Source of the DNA: a virus
Lineage: Duplodnaviria > Caudoviricetes
Virus record (IMG/VR): IMGVR_UViG_3300038462_000024
Location: 1-60,481 of that record
Length of the DNA stretch: 60,481 nt
Reading direction: 5' to 3' (one strand)
Shown here: positions 1 through 7,752 of the stretch, piece by piece
How positions within the stretch are numbered: position 1 is the first letter of the stretch
How the letters are laid out: each line of letters starts with the position of its first letter
Translations under genes and position numbers: made by a program
Notes under the pieces: generated by a model
What the model saw: only the letters and a program-made list of their open reading frames with translations
Told to the model about the DNA's origin: nothing
Database searches by the model: none

Positions 1-328
1 AAAGATACTTGTCGCCGTTTTCTAACTCGCAACCTTCAGAGGTCCATTGGATACGAATATTTCCGTATTCTTTGATTACAGCGTTCAACCATAGCTTGCC
101 GCCCTCGGCGCAGAGCTTGTCGCCCTCAGCTCGGAGCTTGTCGCCCTCGGCTCGGAGCTTGTCGCCTTCGGCCCAGAGCTTGTCGCCCTCGGCCCAGAGC
201 TTGCGGCCCTTGGCCCAGAGCTTGCTGCCCTCGGCGCAGAGCTTGTCGCCTTCGGCCCAGAGCTTGTCGCCCTCGGCTTGGAGCTTGCTGCGGGCGTCCC
301 ATGCGGCGTGGAGTTTTAAAGGGGCCAT
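1..328 (-). CDS. Heptad-repeat protein, 9-unit allele (3' end cut by window edge)
   Basis: Same ATG, leader and C-terminal sequence as 60007-60459; units (Q/W/C/R)A(E/K)G(D/S/R/G)KL. Confidence 0.8.
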   Translation of the reverse strand, partial: MAPLKLHAAWDARSKLQAEGDKLWAEGDKLCAEGSKLWAKGRKLWAEGDKLWAEGDKLRAEGDKLRAEGDKLCAEGGKLWLNAVIKEYGNIRIQWTSEGCELENGDKYL

Positions 329-350
329 TTGTAGGGTTTCCTATGTTAAA
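1..350. repeat. Left copy of terminal overlap (matches 60027-60481), containing 9 units of a 21-bp tandem repeat at ~92-280
   Basis: 1-127 and 227-350 are identical to the right end; the middle differs in unit number and unit identity. Confidence 0.95.
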
Positions 351-445
351 TTGGGGGCCGCCAGCCTAAGCACCGGGGGGAGGGAGGAAGGGCTGGCGGC
401 CGGGTTAGGACGTGCTGTTTAAAAACCGCGCTTCCAACCAAGTAT

Positions 446-475
446 AGTATAGCACAGCAAAGGAGTCTACACAAG
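446..475 (-). promoter_or_regulatory. Putative sigma70-type early promoter
   Basis: Minus strand CTTGTGT-N17-TATACT with GTGC before the -10 element. Confidence 0.6.
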
Positions 476-546
476 ATATGAATTGGCCGCCAAACTTATT
501 GAAAGCGGGGCGGCCAAGGCAGGGTCAGGTAAACGCCCGGAAGCGT

Positions 547-891
547 TTAATCAATAAACGGCGATTTCACAGTTTTCTGGTCCCGTGTCTTGATGACGAC
601 ACCCTTGACCAGCACAGGCTCGTTGCGGCCAAGTTTGCCGCGAAGGGCCTGCCCCACAGCCATGCGGTACATGCCCTGATTGGGGTACTCCCGCGCGAAA
701 CGGCCGGCCAAGCCATTTTCCACCACCACTGCACTCAGCTCCTCATCATCCGCCCCCAAAAGGGCACGGGAAACGGCATCGCCCGAGATTTGGGAGGTAT
801 AAGACTTACCCCCCTTTTTGAACTTTATGCGCTCGTATTTATATGCATCGCCAATCACGTTGCCCGTACGGGCGGTTTCGGTTTGTTCCAT
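547..891 (-). CDS. Hypothetical protein, paralog of the C-terminal domain of 1908-2483
   Basis: AAGGAG RBS before ATG 891; GD...NQGMYRMAVGQALR motif shared with 1908-2483. Confidence 0.75.
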   Translation of the reverse strand: MEQTETARTGNVIGDAYKYERIKFKKGGKSYTSQISGDAVSRALLGADDEELSAVVVENGLAGRFAREYPNQGMYRMAVGQALRGKLGRNEPVLVKGVVIKTRDQKTVKSPFID

Positions 892-939
892 TGTTATCTC
901 CTTGATTGGCGGCAATTAAAACACGGCGTCGTTCACTCG

Positions 940-1788
940 TCAATACTCTGGCCCCCACTGGGGGTATTGAGGGTATTGATGCCGCCGGGGGCTCAAGGGT
1001 AGACCATCGTCTATGTGCCCACAGTCATTAAATGAACAACCATTTCGAAACCCGTGCGCCCGAATGATCTCATCAGCTTGCTGGGTGTACATAAACGGGA
1101 CGGTTAGACCCCAGCCATATTGGTCAAAATCACACGCAGCCCCCGCATAGTGCCGAGAGTTGGGTACATGCCCACTGAAAGCCAAACACCCCATTCGTCG
1201 CGGCACATACCCCGCCGCGACGAAATCCGCTATTAGGTCTTGAATTGGGGAAGCTAAGTGCAGCGCAACAGTAACCGGCCCGGCCAGGGTTTGGACCCTG
1301 GCCATTTCACCCCAGCGGGGGGCGGGAAGAGGGAGGGGCATACGCGGCAGCCCCAAATGTGCCGGGTAGCCGTAATATTGAGGGTAGCCGTAATAGGTGG
1401 GAAACCCCCTGGAATAATACCCCAAATAGTCGTAATCGTCGGGGTGCTGAGAGGCTTGGGGGGATTTCCGCTTGGTGCGGAGGTGTGCCTTGGGGGGCAA
1501 AGCGGCGGGAGCGGCGGCGGGAGCGGTAGGAGCAGGGTCCGACAACTGGACCAGCAACGGACCCAAATCCACCACAGCAGCCAGGGGGTCCGCGTCATCC
1601 GCAAACCGGATTTTACGGATGACGGTGGCCTCGGGGGAAATAGGGGCAAAAACTGTCGTCTTGCGGACGACTAGGATGTTTGAGGGAGAAGGCGCAAATT
1701 TGTTGGGGGCGGCCTCAAGTGTGCTCAAGACCGGGAGCATCAAGGCAATGCTTATAAACACTAACACGGCGATTGATATCGGGCGCAT
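940..1788 (-). CDS. Signal-peptide/membrane-anchored protein with C-terminal M15-like Zn peptidase domain
   Basis: Hydrophobic N-terminus MRPISIAVLVFISIALMLPVLS; Pro/Tyr linker; SRHYAGAACDFD...GHID metal motif; GGAG RBS. Confidence 0.65.
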   Translation of the reverse strand: MRPISIAVLVFISIALMLPVLSTLEAAPNKFAPSPSNILVVRKTTVFAPISPEATVIRKIRFADDADPLAAVVDLGPLLVQLSDPAPTAPAAAPAALPPKAHLRTKRKSPQASQHPDDYDYLGYYSRGFPTYYGYPQYYGYPAHLGLPRMPLPLPAPRWGEMARVQTLAGPVTVALHLASPIQDLIADFVAAGYVPRRMGCLAFSGHVPNSRHYAGAACDFDQYGWGLTVPFMYTQQADEIIRAHGFRNGCSFNDCGHIDDGLPLSPRRHQYPQYPQWGPEY

Positions 1789-1907
1789 GTTAACTCCACC
1801 GGGAGAGACAAAACTTGGCCCTGAACCTTTCCCGTTAAGGTTCAGGGCCTGAGGGGGCAAGTCAAGGCGCGCGGCCTGCCCCCCAATCCGGCTCTACGCG
1901 GAAGGGG

Positions 1908-2483
1908 TCATTTCCAGATAACCTCGTGGCCCTTGCGGACCCTAGCGCGCAGCCGGTTACCAATATTCATACGCATCTGGCCGGAATTAAGCCACTCGTA
2001 GGAGGCAGTCCATACCTCGTTGGCATCGGCAAACTGCCGTAGCCGGTCGCGGTCGATTCGGAACTCGTCCGTCTCGGGGTCTTTAAAAGTCACATGTTTG
2101 GATATCTGCGAGGACAGGTCATCGCCGCAAGTCATTTTAAATGGGCGATAACGGATTTTGTAGCGGGACTTAATAATCGAATGGCTTTCAACCGCCTCTT
2201 CCGCTTCGGTGTCCGCCTCTTCCGCATTATCGAAATGCTCGTCCCCCTCGTTCTCTTCAGAGGCGTCGTCTTGTTCGATGCCGCGCCGGGTGCTTGGTTG
2301 CGTTTTAGCGTGGCCGTTCTCCAGTTTGGCGAGAGCCTGCTCCAGTACGGCCTTGGCCGGGAGTCCCGCTACCAAGTATTTATTCCCGTCCAGGTACGCA
2401 ACCACTTCGTTTTCCTCCACCTTGAGCTGGATGTTGAACTTGGCAGCTTTTTTAATCAGGGTGTGGTGGATGCTGATTGCCAT
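1908..2483 (-). CDS. Hypothetical protein with acidic linker and conserved C-terminal domain
   Basis: 191-aa ORF; CGD...NSGQMRMNIGNRLR motif; preceded by a TTGACA promoter candidate near 2526-2555. Confidence 0.8.
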   Translation of the reverse strand: MAISIHHTLIKKAAKFNIQLKVEENEVVAYLDGNKYLVAGLPAKAVLEQALAKLENGHAKTQPSTRRGIEQDDASEENEGDEHFDNAEEADTEAEEAVESHSIIKSRYKIRYRPFKMTCGDDLSSQISKHVTFKDPETDEFRIDRDRLRQFADANEVWTASYEWLNSGQMRMNIGNRLRARVRKGHEVIWK

Positions 2484-2586
2484 TTTGGTGTTCCCCTATG
2501 CCGGATTTACCTTGAATGATAACTAAGTAAACCACGACCAAACAGCGCTGTCAAGGGGTTTCATGGTCTGTGGCAAAGTGCCACAG

Positions 2587-2961
2587 TTACCTGGCCCCGT
2601 GTTCAACCGCCGCGCGAACTTTGTTTATTTTAACTTTGCGCCGCCCGTATTCAAAAAAGAAGCCAGGAACGGTAGGGGATATTTCCTCCACCATGTCGCG
2701 AACGTCGGACAATAAATGGCCGAACGCCCAACAAAAGCAGGGAACGGAAATCTCTGCCCACTCTCCCAATTCCTTGCAAAGTAAGCACATGTGGAACTCA
2801 GACAGTTGGCCGTCCCATTTGCCTACCACATGTTTGTACGCTGCTCTGATTGGAATCCTTGCCCCACACTCTGAGCACCTGTGAGGGCGGCGCGCGGCCT
2901 TTACATGGGTCTGCCTGTACCACTCCGGGGGGTCATAATCGCAATAACAGGACATGTTCAA
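2587..2961 (-). CDS. Cys-rich putative zinc-binding phage protein
   Basis: CxC, CSEC, CLLC and CFC motifs; in operon after the primase. Confidence 0.75.
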   Translation of the reverse strand: MNMSCYCDYDPPEWYRQTHVKAARRPHRCSECGARIPIRAAYKHVVGKWDGQLSEFHMCLLCKELGEWAEISVPCFCWAFGHLLSDVRDMVEEISPTVPGFFFEYGRRKVKINKVRAAVEHGAR

Positions 2962-2972
2962 TGCCTTTCGAA

Positions 2973-5243
2973 TTAATAGCGGGGGCGGGCAGGTTTGGTG
3001 GTAGTTGAGGGGATAGTTTCATCCGAACCCCAGTCGATTGGTTGGCCGATGTACGCGGAGAACATATCCCGGCAGCCTTCCAACGGCGGCAGCTTAATTG
3101 AACGTTGCCGGTGCCCTAGGTCCCGCCGCCAGTCCGGAGGAACAGTTAGATCGTCGGCCTCAGGTATGTCGTACATCGCGTAAACTTCCGAGGCTTCCCC
3201 CTTGAGGTATTTTTTCTTAAGGGTGGTTATGGCCACTTGCGAGGATGGGCACCGGTTTCTAAGTCTCAACTCGAAGTACCGGTAGAGCGCGGCGGTAGAC
3301 ACCAGCTCTGGCCAAAGCAGGAGAGAGGTGTTTTCCAAGTTATCGGCGGGGGCGGGCCGCTGGCACCACTTAGCCTCAAGGGGCAGGAGTTCCCCCCGGA
3401 TTAACAGTTCCATCCAGAGTGCATCAATGGGGTCCAAGTTCCGGGCGGCCACATCAAGGGTTATTTCGCTTTTAAGGTTGGTCCGGGGGATTTGAGGGAA
3501 ATACGGCCGTTCGAGTAGGAGTTTGTGGAGCGCAGCCTGGCCGTTCATATGGGTGCGCTCGTTGAGCACGGCCGCGATTAGCGCCTCGGGGGCCTTGCGA
3601 TCGCCTAGGTCGAACGTGGTAAACCGCCGGTCGCCGGGCTCAATTGGGGCGGGGTTATCATTGTTAGAAGAAAGTATGAGGCGGGAAAATGACTTAATGC
3701 GTTTAGCGTCAACCCCCTTGTGCTCAAGCATTTGGTAAGAATCGGTGATGAGGGACTTGATGATGCCGCGATGGCGTTTGTCCCCCCCGTACAGGGCTTC
3801 TTCGGAGTGGATAAGGAGGGCGGAGGCGCGATGCGCGTTAAAGTTGCCGGTGATGTGGGCCTCATGGGTAACGGGCACGTAGTAGTCACCAAGGATCTCC
3901 CCGAAATACTGAATAAACGTCGTTTTACCGGCACCGGGCACGCCAACCAAGACAACGGCGGTGCCGGGTTTTCCTTGGGGCTCGCGAACGATGTTGGCCA
4001 ACCAGTGGAGCATCCACTCCAGAGTCTCGCCGGACCCGCAAACAAATTTGGCTAGGTCTAACCAGGCGTCGCACCGGCCCTCACCGGGGGGAACGGCAAA
4101 TCCAGACCACAAGTTAAAAACAGGGGAATCGAGGTCCGTGGCCCCCGGCATGTTTTCAACGGCGGTGTAATTGCACGCCTGAGGGGATTGCAGCCAGATT
4201 TCCGCCGTGCGCCGGACTTTTTGCTTAGCGTCAATAAAAAAGTCTGAGGCCCGGAGATTAAGAAAGTCCCCCTTTTCCATAAACACCGGTAGGAAGCCGG
4301 GGGAACCATCGGTGCGGACCACGCGAAACTTACCGGAAAAATCGACCATGGCGAAATGCTCGTTGTAATACGCCATTTTCGAGGCCATGTTTTCTTGTTC
4401 CGGGGAGGCCATCAGCTCAAACAGCCGGTCGGTGAGGAGCGCGCCCACTTGTTCCCGGAGGCGGCCCCCTGCTGTCACTTTCCTCCCTTTAGAGGCGCGG
4501 GCATACGTGTGCTTGAGGGTGGGAATCCGGGATGAGTCCTTATCTCCAGTGAACTCCATCACCGCCTGGACTATTTCGGCGGCCTCATCTTCGGGCCAGT
4601 GGGAGAAATAGAACATTCCCGACAGGTGCTTGCACGGCTCATTGTGGTAACCCGGTTTCCAGACGTGCCGGGCGATTAGGGTGGCCAAGGCTGCCTTGCG
4701 AACGGCTCGAATTAATTGGGAGGAAATCTGGGTGGTTAATTGAGGGGGAGAGCCGGGCGCGGCCCAAGAGACTAGCTCCCCTGAGGGGTGGATGGAGCCG
4801 GGCAGCGCGGTTTGGTGGCCGCCATCGCCCCGGGCCTCGATGATGGTGGAACGGTCGAGGGGGTCAGTTATGGCAAACTTATCGAAACTGGGGGTATCAA
4901 CTAGGTAAAGGCGGTGGGACGCGGGGTTAGAGGACCGGCCAAAACAGGCGGGGGTTTTGGGCAGGAAGATGTTAGAAAAGTGACGGGCGTCGGGACCCCC
5001 GTCAATGTCGACATCCACCGGACCGTTGAACTGGGGGCCGGTGACTAAGCCAACTCCGCAGTTGCGGTTACACCAGTAGGATTCGGGAGGGGGGGTGTAA
5101 CCCGGTTTCGCATAGTCACCGGAGACGGGGGATTTGGATTGAAGAATGAGGGGGACGAGAGTAAAGCCTAGGCCACTGGCCCATTTAACAGTTTGCATGA
5201 CCGCTGGGGAAGAAAGGGCGGCGGTCTGCGGGTCGTTAGACAT
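2973..5243 (-). CDS. Bifunctional primase-polymerase / SF3-type helicase (DUF5906-like)
   Basis: N-terminal prim-pol motifs (DVDID, SHRLY, LPGSIHPSG); Walker A GVPGAGKT; SEEA Walker B; DRRF; GGAG RBS before ATG 5243. Confidence 0.9.
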   Translation of the reverse strand: MSNDPQTAALSSPAVMQTVKWASGLGFTLVPLILQSKSPVSGDYAKPGYTPPPESYWCNRNCGVGLVTGPQFNGPVDVDIDGGPDARHFSNIFLPKTPACFGRSSNPASHRLYLVDTPSFDKFAITDPLDRSTIIEARGDGGHQTALPGSIHPSGELVSWAAPGSPPQLTTQISSQLIRAVRKAALATLIARHVWKPGYHNEPCKHLSGMFYFSHWPEDEAAEIVQAVMEFTGDKDSSRIPTLKHTYARASKGRKVTAGGRLREQVGALLTDRLFELMASPEQENMASKMAYYNEHFAMVDFSGKFRVVRTDGSPGFLPVFMEKGDFLNLRASDFFIDAKQKVRRTAEIWLQSPQACNYTAVENMPGATDLDSPVFNLWSGFAVPPGEGRCDAWLDLAKFVCGSGETLEWMLHWLANIVREPQGKPGTAVVLVGVPGAGKTTFIQYFGEILGDYYVPVTHEAHITGNFNAHRASALLIHSEEALYGGDKRHRGIIKSLITDSYQMLEHKGVDAKRIKSFSRLILSSNNDNPAPIEPGDRRFTTFDLGDRKAPEALIAAVLNERTHMNGQAALHKLLLERPYFPQIPRTNLKSEITLDVAARNLDPIDALWMELLIRGELLPLEAKWCQRPAPADNLENTSLLLWPELVSTAALYRYFELRLRNRCPSSQVAITTLKKKYLKGEASEVYAMYDIPEADDLTVPPDWRRDLGHRQRSIKLPPLEGCRDMFSAYIGQPIDWGSDETIPSTTTKPARPRY

Positions 5244-5364
5244 GCGGCGGACTCCGTTGTGGGGCTTGTGCGGGAGCCAGAGACATGCTATAATCGCCTC
5301 TGGTAGCAATTAGGGCAAAAGAGTGCTCTGGTTGGGACTAGACACTAGAGCGCGGACACCCTCT

Positions 5365-5395
5365 AGACTAGCACATCGGCCCGTTGAGCGTCAAG
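5365..5395 (-). promoter_or_regulatory. Putative promoter for the primase operon
   Basis: Minus strand CTTGACG-N18-TAGTCT with GTGC before the -10 element, like other candidate promoters. Confidence 0.45.
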
Positions 5396-5725
5396 TAAGA
5401 ACGGACACTTGCCGGGCCGATCACATACCAGGAAGGGTGTCCCGAACGGCACATTTGCCGGGGGCACTGCACGCGGTCAAAGTGTGTTCGAAATATTAGT
5501 AGAGTTGACGCAATATTTGGTACAGGTAGCACGTTGAGCGGTTGTACAACCCCGTCGGACCACACGCCCCAGTTGGATAGGGCCACCCGCGAAGGTTGTA
5601 ATAGGGAGAAACGCTCAACCCGCCGCGCACCACGAGTTGCAGACAAGGCCATACTTGCTGCAACCAGAAGTGGGTACAACTTGTTCCGAGACACGATACT
5701 CGCGAAAGTTGCAGATCGCCACGTT

Positions 5726-5995
5726 CAGCCGTGTTCACACAACTAACCGAACTTTGAACACGGCTCTCTCACCCCAAACAGAAGCCCGAACGACGGGACC
5801 TGACGCCGGTTGTAGGGCCTCGAAGATCAAATGTTCACCTCGCGCGCGAATTTGTCTTACTTTCCTCAAATTTCGCGCGCGCGGGGAAGTCCCTCGGGAC
5901 CCCGAACATGCTGAACATGCTGAACATGGGCCTCCTCAAGCCCCGTCCGACGGGCATTTGTTAATGTTCAGAGTTCGGTTAAGTACTCTGAACAT
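5726..5995. other. Symmetric repeat-rich non-coding element, putative replication origin or packaging site
   Basis: Nested inverted repeats and multiple TGAACA/TGTTCA motifs between the divergent early and late arms. Confidence 0.5.
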
Positions 5996-6020
5996 ACCCG
6001 AACTTCAACCGCGCCGTGTG

Positions 6021-6035
6021 TTAAGCTCCGTTTAA
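6021..6035. promoter_or_regulatory. CtrA-type box TTAA-N7-TTAA
   Basis: TTAAGCTCCGTTTAA in the intergenic control region. Confidence 0.4.
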
Positions 6036-6358
6036 TGGTATCGGAGGTTGTGGCGGGGCGGCGCTGTATTCGTCCCGATACAGTGTAACGGGGGGACTAG
6101 ACAGCGGCCTCTCGATGTGCTACACTGCCCTCAGTTGATGTGGCCAGGGTTTGGGCAGAATATCGGGTTTGGTCAAGGGACGGGCTCAACTCGGGGATCT
6201 TCTCGAACCTTACGGCAGTCACCTTTCGGAGCTTTCAATCCGCCATTTGAGCCGTGGCACAGTTAGTTCTGGTGAATTCTAACTGAGATGAAGGCTTTGC
6301 ATCCCCCTGCAAATTCACCAGGGGTGCGGCGCATAGTCTCAAATTTGAGGCAAATAGC

Positions 6359-6877
6359 TTGAGGGACCCCAGTCGCGGATGGCTAATATTGCAGACGAAG
6401 CCAAATCAGGAGTCGGTTGCTAATGGCGCTCTTGCACGAGCCGGAATCACGGTGTATTACCCCCAAATACGGGTTGAGCAGACCAGAGCGCGTCAAACGC
6501 GTACCGTCAACAAGGCATTCCTGTCCCGGTATATTTTCGTGGCAGCTACTGGGGGTTTGGGCATCTATTGGCTCCGCCAGTATTCTGGTGTTGCTTCTAT
6601 TGTCCGAGTTGGTGAAGTTCCTGCGGTAGTTTCGGATGCGGTGGTAGAGGCAATCCGGTGCCGGGAAGTGGACGGATTTATTAAACTAGACCCTCCCCCT
6701 CCGGTGTGTTGCCAGTTCCAGTTGGGGCAACGGGTGAAGATTACTAGCGGGGCCCACCAAGGAATTAGGGGTGTGTTTCAGAAGCAAACGGGGGAACAAC
6801 GAGCGATGTTGTTCTTAAACTTGTTTGGACGGACAACCCGCGCCGAAATATCCCTGGTGGATTTGGTGGCGGTGTAA
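6359..6877 (+). CDS. NusG/RfaH-family transcription antitermination factor
   Basis: NGN-like WLILQTKPNQE...FLSRYIFV; KOW FQLGQRVKITSGAHQGIRGVF; first gene of the late arm. Confidence 0.9.
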   Translation: MRDPSRGWLILQTKPNQESVANGALARAGITVYYPQIRVEQTRARQTRTVNKAFLSRYIFVAATGGLGIYWLRQYSGVASIVRVGEVPAVVSDAVVEAIRCREVDGFIKLDPPPPVCCQFQLGQRVKITSGAHQGIRGVFQKQTGEQRAMLFLNLFGRTTRAEISLVDLVAV

Positions 6878-7593
6878 TGCGGCGACGTTTACACCAGGAC
6901 GCGGTGGAGGAAAAGCCGGTTCCGGTAAAGGAGGTAACCACGCCGGAGTTGGTTCCTCTGTTCAAGGAATTGGCTCTCCAAGAGTTGCGGCGTTGTGGTG
7001 GGCTGGCCTCGCTGATGTACCGGACTCACCGGTTTGATTCCCGTACCATTGCTAGATACCGGCGCACGGACCCCGAGTTTGATGCCCAGTGGGTGGCCCT
7101 CAAACGGGAGTTCCCCCGCCAAAACCGCCATAAGGATTCACCTCAAATGCGGGATAAGTTCCTGGCCTGCTTGCGCGATGGGTATTCCCCCACTAAGGCG
7201 GCCAAGGAAATCGGCCTCAGTTACATGTCGGCGAAGGCGTGGAAGGCCAAGGACCGGGAATTCTCCATTGAGTGGGACGAGGCTATGGAGGAGGGCACGG
7301 ACAGCCTGGAAGACGAGGCCCGCCGCCGAGCCGTGGATGGCGTGGCGCGACCCGTGTTTCAGCGGGGGGAACACGTTGGGGACACACAGGAATACAGCGA
7401 CGGTTTGTTGGTGACATTACTCCAAGCCCGCCGCCCCTGGAAATTCAAGAAGTTCCAGGATGTCAATCCCAACATTCCGCCTCCTTCCCTCAGTTTGCAG
7501 GCGGATCTATCCAAGATGACGGCCGTTGAGTTGGCCCAGCTATATCGCGAGACATTGGGCGCGCTTAATGGCGAAAAGCCCGGAGGAAACTGA
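6877..7593 (+). CDS. terS: Terminase small subunit
   Basis: HTH repeats plus LEDEARRRAVDG...YSDGLLVTLL motif; upstream of the large terminase. Confidence 0.8.
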   Translation: MRRRLHQDAVEEKPVPVKEVTTPELVPLFKELALQELRRCGGLASLMYRTHRFDSRTIARYRRTDPEFDAQWVALKREFPRQNRHKDSPQMRDKFLACLRDGYSPTKAAKEIGLSYMSAKAWKAKDREFSIEWDEAMEEGTDSLEDEARRRAVDGVARPVFQRGEHVGDTQEYSDGLLVTLLQARRPWKFKKFQDVNPNIPPPSLSLQADLSKMTAVELAQLYRETLGALNGEKPGGN

Positions 7594-7712
7594 TGAGACT
7601 GCTTATCGTGCTGCTTGTTGCTGCGTTTGCGGTTTCCGCCGCGACCGCTGGATGCCTTGTTGACCGCCGCACCGGTAGTATTTACTGTTGCGGCGATGCC
7701 TGTGGGAATTAG
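7593..7712 (+). CDS. 39-aa secreted/lipoprotein Cys-rich peptide (absent from ORF track)
   Basis: ATG overlaps the terS stop (TGATG), GGAGG RBS; MRLLIVLLVAAFAVSAATAGCLVDRRTGSIYCCGDACGN. Confidence 0.65.
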   Translation: MRLLIVLLVAAFAVSAATAGCLVDRRTGSIYCCGDACGN

Positions 7713-7752
7713 GGGTTTTGGCCTGGGGCCAAGTGAAAGGGAGAATGGTTAA

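Noticed and set aside
1-350. Diversity-generating retroelement TR/VR pair formed by the two ends
   Set aside because: No reverse transcriptase found; differences are unit number/order and are not adenine-specific
1-350. True physical direct terminal repeats
   Set aside because: Copies are not identical and begin mid-gene; an assembly overlap or bubble is more parsimonious, though not proven
9-422. Plus-strand SLSPSAQ repeat ORF and other alternative-frame ORFs over the repeat (60062-60433, 60157-60450)
   Set aside because: Shadows of a stop-free repeat; the minus-strand frame has the promoter, leader and operon orientation
5368-6266. ORFs in the divergent intergenic region (5368-5694, 5637-6035, 6048-6266 etc.)
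   Set aside because: No recognisable motifs or clear RBS; they overlap promoter and repeat elements
6040-6877. RfaH ops element
   Set aside because: No GGCGGTAG-type match seen in the leader
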